DNA from: Octopus bimaculoides
Lineage: Eukaryota
DNA length: 34,891 nt
NCBI RefSeq assembly: GCF_001194135.2
Contig: NC_068986.1
Coordinates: 106,324,856-106,359,746 of the forward strand
Reading direction: 5' to 3'
The notes under the pieces are model-generated. The model was not told the DNA's origin. It made no database searches and saw only the letters and a program-made list of their open reading frames with translations. The position numbers and the translations under genes were made by a program. This document shows, piece after piece, positions 23,163-34,555 of the stretch. Position 1 is the stretch's first letter, and every line of letters starts with the position of its first letter.

Positions 23163-24133
23163 NNNNNNNNNNNNNNNNNNNNNNNNNNNNNNNNNNNNNN
23201 NNNNNNNNNNNNNNNNNNNNNNNNNNNNNNNNNNNNNNNNNNNNNNNNNNNNNNNNNNNNNNNNNNNNNNNNNNNNNNNNNNNNNNNNNNNNNNNNNNNN
23301 NNNNNNNNNNNNNNNNNNNNNNNNNNNNNNNNNNNNNNNNNNNNNNNNNNNNNNNNNNNNNNNNNNNNNNNNNNNNNNNNNNNNNNNNNNNNNNNNNNNN
23401 NNNNNNNNNNNNNNNNNNNNNNNNNNNNNNNNNNNNNNNNNNNNNNNNNNNNNNNNNNNNNNNNNNNNNNNNNNNNNNNNNNNNNNNNNNNNNNNNNNNN
23501 NNNNNNNNNNNNNNNNNNNNNNNNNNNNNNNNNNNNNNNNNNNNNNNNNNNNNNNNNNNNNNNNNNNNNNNNNNNNNNNNNNNNNNNNNNNNNNNNNNNN
23601 NNNNNNNNNNNNNNNNNNNNNNNNNNNNNNNNNNNNNNNNNNNNNNNNNNNNNNNNNNNNNNNNNNNNNNNNNNNNNNNNNNNNNNNNNNNNNNNNNNNN
23701 NNNNNNNNNNNNNNNNNNNNNNNNNNNNNNNNNNNNNNNNNNNNNNNNNNNNNNNNNNNNNNNNNNNNNNNNNNNNNNNNNNNNNNNNNNNNNNNNNNNN
23801 NNNNNNNNNNNNNNNNNNNNNNNNNNNNNNNNNNNNNNNNNNNNNNNNNNNNNNNNNNNNNNNNNNNNNNNNNNNNNNNNNNNNNNNNNNNNNNNNNNNN
23901 NNNNNNNNNNNNNNNNNNNNNNNNNNNNNNNNNNNNNNNNNNNNNNNNNNNNNNNNNNNNNNNNNNNNNNNNNNNNNNNNNNNNNNNNNNNNNNNNNNNN
24001 NNNNNNNNNNNNNNNNNNNNNNNNNNNNNNNNNNNNNNNNNNNNNNNNNNNNNNNNNNNNNNNNNNNNNNNNNNNNNNNNNNNNNNNNNNNNNNNNNNNN
24101 NNNNNNNNNNNNNNNNNNNNNNNNNNNNNNNNN

Positions 24134-24166
<33 letters not shown>

Positions 24167-25266
24167 TGGATTCTCACTGTTCTGCGCGCACACCATGAAT
24201 TAATTTAAGAAACTTCAGCAGGTATCAGCAAATTAGTTTATTCGCAGATATCCACAATCAAGAGCTAGTAGTCTTTGTAGATTCATTGATCCGAGGTAAG
24301 TTTTCACCGAGGAGTCGAGGAGTCATACAAGGCAATCGAAACACCTCAGTGTTTCCCTTCCCTTCCCCTTACATCAATGTATTACGCGTGTTCTGAACAT
24401 ACAGCTTCTTAAGCGGGGAGATGTCCTCCGATGACGTAAAACAACGGTGGTCAGCCTATTGATGTTTGAATTTTCCAGAATGTAATGAGAATGAACCGAT
24501 ACATTATTTTCTTATTCTTTTTATTTTTATTCTTTCAGTCTTCTAAACATTTTTATCAACGTACTCAGCTTTCACTTTTTGACCACGTTCATGTTGATAT
24601 AACCAGAAAATTTTTATAATTTCTATGTAACAGAGCGAAAGTCTGTGAGAAACATCGTGAAGTTCTTTTAGTATATTTTTCCGAACTCGTCTTCACTTTT
24701 CAACCTACATCATTTTTAAAGAGATTACCATTCTTAAAATAGCAACAGATTATGTTTTCTAGTAATTCCTTCGGATTTAGCGAGATTATTTTCGTTTTGC
24801 TATACCTTAATGATCCAATTTTCTGTAAGTTTGACACTTTCGTATAAAGATTTCTTCTCTTCGTTGTGAAGACAAGAATAATTTTTTAGAACTTACTTTT
24901 TCCGATGGAAACATGCCAACAGGAATGGATAAACATAGTAATGCAAAAATGTCTACCAGATGTGATCGTACTACTTTGCTCGTGTTTACAAAACTTTCAA
25001 TGTCTTATTAAGTAAATTATATTTAAAAAATACTATGTATACTGAAAATATGTATATTTATGTATCTTTATGATTAATGAATTAAAAAAATTAGATGTTA
25101 TTCTTGGATAATGAAAATTTTATCAAAATATCAAAAGTTGAGATTGGTTGAGCAGGTTTGATTTTTGCAAAAAGTGATAAAATGATGAATTAATCCAGAA
25201 TTCCAACATAATATTAATTCATGCATATTTTATTTCTAAAGTCGTCTTTTCAAAAACAGACACTTA

Positions 25267-25340
25267 TACATACATACATACATACATACATACATACATA
25301 CATACATACATACATACACACACACTTACATACATACATA
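25267..25340. repeat. (CATA)n microsatellite
   Basis: Direct inspection. Confidence 0.95.
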
Positions 25341-25919
25341 CATGGTGATTGCTCCATTTTCATAAATGATGGTCGTCTACGCGTGTGATTCCTCGTTATC
25401 AATAATATTTCTGACCTTCCGTCCATGATCTCTCAGATGACAAATTTTGAACCACAGGGACAGACAAATGTTGTAACTTACTGCGCGTATCAGTAGATGG
25501 AATGACGAATAAGGCCAACATAAAGAGACATTTGTACTTCATTCGTTAGGTTATAAGTTTCAGGAGTGTGGTAACACGTCTTAACCACAATTACTCCCAG
25601 TCTACTCTGATCGGGTATAGTAGGTCCTGTTAGGGTGCCAACCATGGGTTAACTAGCATATGGGATGAGAATTCATCTGAGTGCGGGGACGCAAAACATC
25701 CTCGGTTGATGTCAGGGTGCGCAATAAGAGGGATAGCTATCTAGTGCGCAATATTAGTGAGGGGTAGCTATTTAGGGTCGCTGCATTCTTCTAGGTAAGC
25801 AACCCACTGATGTGAAATATGTAGTTTCATATGATTACAGTAGATGAGTGTGGTTTTCGTGTTGTTTAAGAGTTTATAAGATGCATCCATACATAGATAC
25901 ACACACACGTATATACATT

Positions 25920-26070
25920 CGAAATACGTACATACATACATACATACGTACATACGTACATGCATACGTACATACATACATACATACATACATGCATACA
26001 TACATGCATACATGCCTACATACATACGTGCATACATATACATACATACGTACGTACATACACACTACGT
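25920..26070. repeat. Degenerate (TACA)n microsatellite
   Basis: Direct inspection. Confidence 0.9.
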
Positions 26071-27004
26071 ACGTAATATACACGTATATGTGTGTATCTG
26101 CGTGTGTATGTGTCTACGTGTGTATGTATGTGTGTCCGCGTATGTACAAGTATGTATTTTTGTTATTTTGTTTCTCGTCATTTCGCTGAAATTAAAGATG
26201 TAAAATTCCTTAACGTTCTATCTACCACTTAATAGATCTGAGGGCATTCGTTCTACAATGAATAACACCAAACTATATCTTTGCTCTGTTATTTTCCTAT
26301 TACTGACGAAGTAAATGTAATTTCGTCCAATTCTGAACTTGCAGTCATTATAAAATTATACAGTGAATTTCATATGTAAATTTGAAGCGTTGATGTACCT
26401 ATGATGTTCTAGTGATATGATGAACTAGCCTTCGTTCTTTGCATTAATTTCCAAAAACGTAATTGTAATATGTAATGCTGAGCAGACATATTAATTCAAA
26501 GTTTTACGTATCATTTCTTCATACTGAAATTAATTTTACAAGAAGTAAGTTACGAAACAGCGGTAATCATATAAAAGTTATGTGTTTCGATAAATCTGTC
26601 TTATTTCCCGGCGTCGAAGGTGCGTCTTCCTCGAGGACACACCCTAATTTTGACAAGCAAAAACTTATAAAAAAAAATAAACAATAAGCATAAAATACGA
26701 TCTCGGCACTTCGGGTCTTGTTACCTTTACAGATGCAATAAAAAACATCACTGTAACCTCCATTACGTCACTTAAAATATCCTTAGCATTTATTTTGGCT
26801 GTTTTGTGCTTATCCTTTACGTTGACTAAACGTATTTGCCTCCCGTTGTGATCCCACACACGAGTCTGTAAAACTAAGAAGAGACAACACTCCCTACCTT
26901 AACAATTTGTTTTGTGGGACCTTTAGTACATGGTGTGGTAAGTTTACTCTCAAAGTTTATGCTTACTGTTATATACCCACTGTAATACTGAAATTACACT
27001 ACGA

Positions 27005-27253
27005 CAGGGTTGGATTCAGGGGGCTGGATAGGGGATGCGCCCTACCCCCAAAAAACTTTTCAAATTTGTCTGTCGCGTTTGAATATTTAGTAGAAAGCAT
27101 ATTTTTGTACCAGCGACAAGCAACTCTGAAAGTTTCAGTATAGAAATTAATTTTGCGGTATCTCTGAACATATTACACTGTCATTTCATTGATCAATTGC
27201 AATGAATCAGACCTCAGACCCACCGTTATCACAAATTTATGGATCCACTCCTG
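27005..27253. mobile_element. hAT-type MITE, 249 bp
   Basis: Perfect 8-bp TSD cactacga at 26997-27004 and 27254-27261; imperfect 14-bp TIRs cagggttggattca / reverse complement caggagtggatcca (11/14). Confidence 0.88.
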
Positions 27254-27890
27254 CACTACGATTATTCACTGTTTGGCCCAGCAGTAATTTTTATTATGTG
27301 CTTCAACAGGAAGGTTCTTGGCCAATACTATCTAAGTTCATGCAAGTGCATAGGGTTACAACTAGTGCAGCATTTTAAGATTTTAGCAATAATAGATGTA
27401 GATAAATACAGTACTTTTTTGTCCCAGACAAAGAAAAAGCAAATCTCCACAATAAGAAAATTATTGTGAGGAATACGGAATAACATTTTATTATACAGTT
27501 ACATTTTTAAAAAATATCACATGAACATGACACCCTAAATAGAACAAAATGAAAATAAAATAAAGATTACAGTAAAGTCTACAAAATAAAAAAAAACCAT
27601 TGCAATCATAAAATACTGAAAATATTTTGCTTATTGCTACCATTTATAGAAGTACCACACAAACATGACATCCCAAATAGAACAAAATAAACACAGAACC
27701 GAAATTAAAATCTGCAGTCAAAATATTACAAATTAGAAAACATATTTTAATCTTCAAATCCTGAAAATATTCCACGTTATTACCATTTGTAAAAATTAGG
27801 ACATGGAAAAACAAACGCTACAATTAAATTACAATGGAAAAAGATTAAAGAGTGTGCAAATGTTAAATGTACGAGTATAAAGAAAATATT

Positions 27891-28103
27891 TCACTCTTCA
27901 AATGCTGAAAACTGACTGCAGTCATTCATAGCTCCAAAACCGGAAAAATCACCAGGGCCATCAATACTGTCCGAGGTGTCACAGTCTTCAAACAGAATGT
28001 CATCTTCTGTGCCATCTAATGCATTACTGATGCCACATTTTATAAAAGACTTTTCTACTACTTTAGTTTTCACAACGTTCCATGATTTCAGGACCCACTC
28101 GCA
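27891..28103 (-). mobile_element. pogo/Tigger (Tc1-mariner superfamily) transposase C-terminus
   Basis: CEWVLKSWNVVKTKVVEKSFIKCGISNALDGTEDDILFED followed by an acidic tail is the typical end of a pogo-type DDE_1 transposase (W...SF.KCGISNALDG.EDD). Confidence 0.85.
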
Positions 28104-28104
28104 T

Positions 28105-28317
28105 ATATATATAACTACATGTGAATCGTTGGCGATTTTCTTCCTCCGTCTACCATTCTAGTCAATTGTCCTCTGTTTTCGAAGAAGAGCGTCTGCTCGA
28201 AACGTTAAACCATGTTTCTTTCCTTCCCTGAGCGTCTGCTAATACTCTACATGTACCACGTCCTCGTGCTGTTGTTTTTTGTGTATGTTCTTCTTTTTGG
28301 GATTTACTATATATATA
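28105..28317 (+). mobile_element. Penelope-like terminal-repeat fragment with hammerhead-like motif, TA-flanked
   Basis: GTTT-TCGAAGA-A-GAGC-gtct-GCTC-GAAA-C-GTT-AAAC (28175-28210); downstream cttccc-gagc...ctaa and tgttgttttt tail parallel 22890-22946. Confidence 0.55.
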
Positions 28318-28767
28318 NNNNNNNNNNNNNNNNNNNNNNNNNNNNNNNNNNNNNNNNNNNNNNNNNNNNNNNNNNNNNNNNNNNNNNNNNNNNNNNNNNN
28401 NNNNNNNNNNNNNNNNNNNNNNNNNNNNNNNNNNNNNNNNNNNNNNNNNNNNNNNNNNNNNNNNNNNNNNNNNNNNNNNNNNNNNNNNNNNNNNNNNNNN
28501 NNNNNNNNNNNNNNNNNNNNNNNNNNNNNNNNNNNNNNNNNNNNNNNNNNNNNNNNNNNNNNNNNNNNNNNNNNNNNNNNNNNNNNNNNNNNNNNNNNNN
28601 NNNNNNNNNNNNNNNNNNNNNNNNNNNNNNNNNNNNNNNNNNNNNNNNNNNNNNNNNNNNNNNNNNNNNNNNNNNNNNNNNNNNNNNNNNNNNNNNNNNN
28701 NNNNNNNNNNNNNNNNNNNNNNNNNNNNNNNNNNNNNNNNNNNNNNNNNNNNNNNNNNNNNNNNNNN

Positions 28768-28812
<45 letters not shown>

Positions 28813-28835
28813 TTTGTGTGTGTGTGTGTGTATGT

Positions 28836-29240
28836 GTGTGTGGTAAGCTTGCTTTGTAGCTACATGATTTTAGTTTCAGTCCCAATGCATGGCACTTTGG
28901 GCATCTTCTACTTTGGCGTCGGGCTGACCGCACACTTGTGAGTGGATTCAGTAGACATAAAGTGTAAGAAGCCTGTCGCATATGTGGGTATATATATGCG
29001 TGTGTAGATATGTTTGAGTGTGTGTGTGTGCGTGTGTTTGTATCTGTGTTTGTCAACCATCACCACATGACAACCGGTGTGGTATCAAATAAAACTTAGT
29101 GGTTCGGCAAAAGAGCCCGATGGAGTAAGTTCTAGACTTAAAAAAAAGAACTGGGGGATTGATTCATTCAACTGAAAATTCTTCAAGGCGGTGCCTCAGC
29201 ATGGCTGCAATCTAATAACGGAATAGATAAAAGACAAAAT
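28836..29240 (+). mobile_element. SINE family B, diverged copy
   Basis: tgtgtggtaagcttgct...cttgtgagtggatt...acttagtggttcggcaaaagag...aaggcggtgcctcagcatggc is colinear with 20221-20820. Confidence 0.85.
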
Positions 29241-29697
29241 GTAAAATATAGCCATAAATCTATATATGCATAGTTACTACCAATTCTTCTGAGCCATAGA
29301 TCATATAAAGCATTGTAATATCCTGATAAGATACATGGTCGTTTAAAAGTATCTGATGATGAAGACCACAAAATTGAAAATTAAAAACAAAAAAAGAATA
29401 ATGTCTGATACAACTGCAGAAACGCATCGAAACGTTTGGAACAAATAGGTTTTTGACGTGAATCATTTTAATTGACAAATTTCATAAGCATGCACTCATA
29501 TAAGCCGTTTTTTAAAACCATGTAAATGCTTGTTTTCATGTACATTTAAATTTAGATTAAGATAGAATATTAATTGATTTCTAAATGGTCGTTACAGAAT
29601 GATAGATGGATACCAACTAGATTGATTGATTGTTTGTAATGAGCTCGAATCGAAATGGAAGCTTTTTCTTTAATTGTTGGATTGCACTTTTACTTCT

Positions 29698-29704
29698 GTA
29701 CACA

Positions 29705-29750
<46 letters not shown>
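29698..29750. repeat. (CA)n microsatellite
   Basis: Direct inspection. Confidence 0.95.
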
Positions 29751-29755
<5 letters not shown>

Positions 29756-30515
29756 AACACTAGAAATCAAACTCGATTTAGACTCATCACAATACATTTA
29801 CAATACATTCACATTTTTTTTTGTTTTGGCAACCCCTACCATACTCATATTTTTATCTACTTCTTTCTTTTCCTTGCTTTCATTTCCGTATTTTATGTTT
29901 GTTTTTCCTACTTTGTCATGAAGTAAATAGAATTAGTTAAACAAAGATGAAATATGAACATTTCCTTGGAGAACTCGATCCATTTAAGATGTCAGATTAG
30001 CTGTACAGCCTAATGAAACGTTACTCATTTATACCAGATAGATCTGCCTGAGGCTAGTTGCATCGTTGAAAGTTATTTTTATCTTAAGTGGTCAGAATGA
30101 GTGAGAATTGAGTGTAACTGCGCATAGATCGGCTTTAGTGTCAAAGGTAGAATATGAACCATCGACATTTCATCCCGAGTTCAACTTCGAATGTAGGCCA
30201 TAGGGCCGTGTTGTTTCGTTGGTGCAGTTCCGATCAATCCTCAGCGACTGGATTTGTCTGCAGTCAGTCGAGAACCTCTTTCATTGGTTCTATCGTCTGA
30301 TACAACGCATGGTTTTACTAACATCAGTCAAAATCCCGAATATTAGAAAATCCTACTGCATGGGTACACAAGTGTGCCTACAATAGCTTTGCTTTATTTC
30401 AATGAATATAATACATGATATCATTCCGCAATTTCACAATATCGTGATATCGTGAACTCTTGTCATTTTGGGCTATCTATGCATAGAAAAAACAAGCCTG
30501 ATATATGAAGCACGT

Positions 30516-30546
<31 letters not shown>

Positions 30547-30583
30547 ACATCATTATCCTTCCTCCCCTTCCTCTTCCCCTTCT

Positions 30584-30627
<44 letters not shown>

Positions 30628-31743
30628 TTCCTCTTCTTCCTCCTCTTCCACTTCTTCCTCTTCCTCCTCTTCCTCTTCTTCCTCTTACTCTTCCTTTACC
30701 TCCTCTTCCTCTTCTTCCTCTCCCCCTCTTCCTCTTCCACTTCCTCCTCTTCCTCTACTTCCACTTCCTCATCTTCCCCTTCCTCTTCCTCTTCCTCCTC
30801 TTCTTCTTCCTCCTTTTCTTCTTCCTCTTCCTCCTCTTCTTCCTCTTCCTCCTCTTCCACTTCCACCTCTTCCTCCTCTTCCTCCTCTTCCTCTTCCTCT
30901 TCCTCTTCCTCTTCTTCCCCCTCTTCCTCTTCCTCTTCCTCTTCCTCCTCTTCCACTTCCTCCTCTTCATCTTCCTCTTCCTCCTCTTCCTCTTCCTCCT
31001 CTTCCTCTTCCTCCTCTTCCACTTCCTCCACTTACTCTTCCCCCACTTCCACTTCCTCCTCTTACTCTTCCTCTTCCTCCTCTTACTNNNNNNNNNNACT
31101 TCCACTTCCTCCTCTTACTCTTCCTCTTCCTCCTCTTACTCTTCCTCTTCCTCCTCTTACTCTTCCTCTTCCTCCTCTTCCTCTTCCTCTTCCTCCTCTT
31201 CCTCTTCCTCCTCTTTCTCCTCTTCCTCCTCTTCCTCTTCCTCCTCTTTCTCCTCTTCCTCCTCTTACTCTTCCTCCTCTTCCTCCACTTCCTCTTCCTC
31301 CACTTCCTCTTCCTCCACTTCCGCTTCCTTCTCTTCATCTTCCTTCTCTTCCTCTTCTTCTTCCTCCTCCTCTTCTTCTTTCTCCTCCTCCTCTTCTACT
31401 TCTTCTTCCTCCTCCTCTTCTTCTTTCTCCTCCTCTTCTTCTTCTTCTTCTTCTTCTTCTTCTTTCTCCTCCTCTTCTTCTTCTTCTTCCTCCTTCTCTT
31501 CTTCTTCCTCCTTCTCTTCTTCTCCTTCTTCCACCTCTTCTTCTTCCTCCTCCTNNNNNNNNNNNNNNNNNNNNNNNNNNNNNNNNNNNNNNNNNNNNNN
31601 NNNNNNNNNNNNNNNNNNNNNNNNNNNNNNNNNNNNNNNNNNNNNNNNNCCTCATCCCCCCCTCCTCTTCTTCCCCTCCTCCTCCTCCTCATCATCATCT
31701 TCATCACCGTCATCTGTTGTTTTTGTTGCTGTGGGTGTTGTTA

Positions 31744-31800
<57 letters not shown>
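30516..31800. repeat. Compound trinucleotide tract: (ATC)n, ~1.1 kb (CTT/CCT)n polypyrimidine, ATC/GTT, (ATT)n
   Basis: Direct inspection; contains gaps 31088-31097 and 31555-31649. Confidence 0.95.
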
Positions 31801-31801
<1 letters not shown>

Positions 31802-31915
31802 GGCGGCGATTTGGCAGAAATGTTACTGCGCCCCAAAAACATGGGTCTATGCAATTGACTATACTCCGCCTCCGAAATTTCCGGCCTTGTGCTTTAATGT
31901 AGAAAACAATATTAC
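31801..31915 (+). mobile_element. SINE family A head joined to 3' tail (internal deletion)
   Basis: aggcggcgatttggcagaaatgtta matches the head; ccgaaatttccggccttgtgc...tagaaaacaatatt matches the tail type of the copy at 9140. Confidence 0.65.
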
Positions 31916-32559
31916 TGCTAACACGGAGGAAACATTTTTTGAAGTTGTTTGTAGGGTTTGGCGCACAACTTTAATAAGACATGAGGGTGTCAAATACAAA
32001 GTATATACCGTAAGCGTATAATAAACGACTATTGTCAACAATTATGGTCCCACATATTTTAAGATTTCTTATCTCGCTCCATCTTAATACATACACTGCA
32101 CAACTTCAGAGAAACATTTTGTTGATCTTGTTTAATACTAGTTAATCTCTGATAAAATTTATAAAATCAGATCTTTTACTAAAGGCGTAACACTTATTAG
32201 GACCTCGTATTCTTTAATATGGAAGACCACATTTTTTAATATTGATGTCGGCTCTTTAAGACAGTATGGTGAGAAATTTCAAGCAGCTATAGCGACAGAT
32301 TAGCATGATGCAATTTCGAGTCAGACATCGGAAATCATACAATTTATGCAGTAGGTGTATTGAAAATGAAACAGCTTATCACACTCTGTGGAAACTTTCA
32401 TGGTCCATCATTTTCAGAATGGAGATAGCATCAGAATATTAAACATTTTGAGACATTTCACCTGACCAATCATCATCATCAATCAATGAATACTGAGACA
32501 TTACTAACACAAATACTAGGACACGTAGGAGGACCAGTTACTCGGTTCCCATAGAGTAT

Positions 32560-32655
32560 AACTGACCGAAATCACAACATTCTGATTCCCTTTTCGGGAA
32601 TCGAAACCCTTGCAGCCATGAGTCCAATACCGTAACAGCCAGGTGGCGATGCGCA
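32560..32655 (-). mobile_element. Degenerate tRNA-derived SINE head
   Basis: Minus strand ggactcatgg...gggtttcgattccc resembles the family C head. Confidence 0.45.
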
Positions 32656-34524
32656 TTTTCACCACTGATTCAACTATAGCAGAAAGTTAAGTGGCACTGT
32701 CTTATATTTCTTTTCTTTCTCGCTTTCAGCAAGGGAATTTAGGTGACAATCAAATGTCATGTTCTGATTGATGATTTTAATGATTTAGAAAAGGAAAAGG
32801 CGACGAAAGATTCAGTGCAAAAATGAACAACAATTACAATTTAAGATATTGTTTCATACTCCTGGCTTTCTAAATTAGATTAAGAAGACACCTCAGTTTT
32901 TATCAAAACGAGAAATTCAATGCTAATCATTACAGGAATTCCAAAGAAGAAAACCATTCGTGTGTTTAGCACGAAAGGAGTTGTCATCAAAGGTAACACT
33001 TCATTGAGTAGCATTAGCAGAGATGTATATCATGTCACTAGATGTCTCGTGCAATAAGATATTTGGAAGCTCATGGAAGGCGTGGCGTATGTAAAAGGAA
33101 ATCTACGTTAAAACTCATTGACAAGCCAGGTTACGATTTCTTAGTTACAAATACTCCATGGAAGGCGCTGAAGGAGATCAGACTTGTCTTGTTAGTTTTG
33201 AAATACGTCGTTGTTAGTGGTTGTGAAGGATTAAAAGATTGCTGTCGTACGGTGAAATAAAGGAAGAAAGATATTAAACGAAATGGAACGAACNNNNNNN
33301 NNNNNNNNNNNNNNNNNNNNNNNNNNNNNNNNNNNNNNNNNNNNNNNNNNNNNNNNNNNNNNNNNNNNNNNNNNNNNNNNNNNNNNNNNNNNNNNNNNNN
33401 NNNNNNNNNNNNNNNNNNNNNNNNNNNNNNNNNNNNNNNNNNNNNNNNNNNNNNNNNNNNNNNNNNNNNNNNNNNNNNNNNNNNNNNNNNNNNNNNNNNN
33501 NNNNNNNNNNNNNNNNNNNNNNNNNNNNNNNNNNNNNNNNNNNNNNNNNNNNNNNNNNNNNNNNNNNNNNNNNNNNNNNNNNNNNNNNNNNNNNNNNNNN
33601 NNNNNNNNNNNNNNNNNNNNNNNNNNNNNNNNNNNNNNNNNNNNNNNNNNNNNNNNNNNNNNNNNNNNNNNNNNNNNNNNNNNNNNNNNNNNNNNNNNNN
33701 NNNNNNNNNNNNNNNNNNNNNNNNNNNNNNNNNNNNNNNNNNNNNNNNNNNNNNNNNNNNNNNNNNNNNNNNNNNNNNNNNNNNNNNNNNNNNNNNNNNN
33801 NNNNNNNNNNNNNNNNNNNNNNNNNNNNNNNNNNNNNNNNNNNNNNNNNNNNNNNNNNNNNNNNNNNNNNNNNNNNNNNNNNNNNNNNNNNTATATATAT
33901 ATGGGGTGTGTGTGTGTGTCTGTCTGTATCTGTGTGTGTGCGTGCGTGTGTATGTGTACGTATGTATAAATATCCAAATAAGAACAATCATTTCGTACAT
34001 TGGTACAGAACTTTATTTTTAGGAGCATACTCGATCGAATCGATCTTCGGTATACTAATGATGCAATCATGTTTTTAATCATTACCAGTTTCTAACTCAT
34101 GACTGTTCCATACTATTTTCGTCGTCTCTTCGTACTCGAGTAAAAATCCTAATGATAATGTAATGAGACCTAATGAAAAATTTACTATCTTCTAGTTTCG
34201 ATCGCCTTGTACAGAACTCAAATGTTTCTTCCCCTGAACTTAAGAAACGTATAAATATTAAACGTCACATATTCGTCACATCAATATGTATCCGTAGCAT
34301 TCTCAGAATATAAGAAGTCAGTTACGTATTCCAGATTCGCATTTGTGTATGAACTTATACAACCATGCGTGTATATACGTATGTATGTGAACGTGTTTCC
34401 GTATATAAATACACGTCTGTGTGTGTATGTAAACATATGCACACACATGCATATATACACGCATAGTTGTATAGATACATACACACATGCCAATCTGGAA
34501 TATGCAACTGATTTCTTATAAATG

Positions 34525-34555
<31 letters not shown>

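Noticed and set aside
30468-32021. Long ORFs (517 aa, 465 aa) and minus-strand poly-Glu/poly-Arg ORFs
   Set aside because: Stop-free only because the CT-rich triplet tract lacks stop codons; there is no domain content and they span gaps.
32706-32998. Strong polypyrimidine acceptor at 32729
   Set aside because: All three frames stop within 14 codons and the nearby donors are weak; a non-coding exon cannot be excluded but is unsupported.
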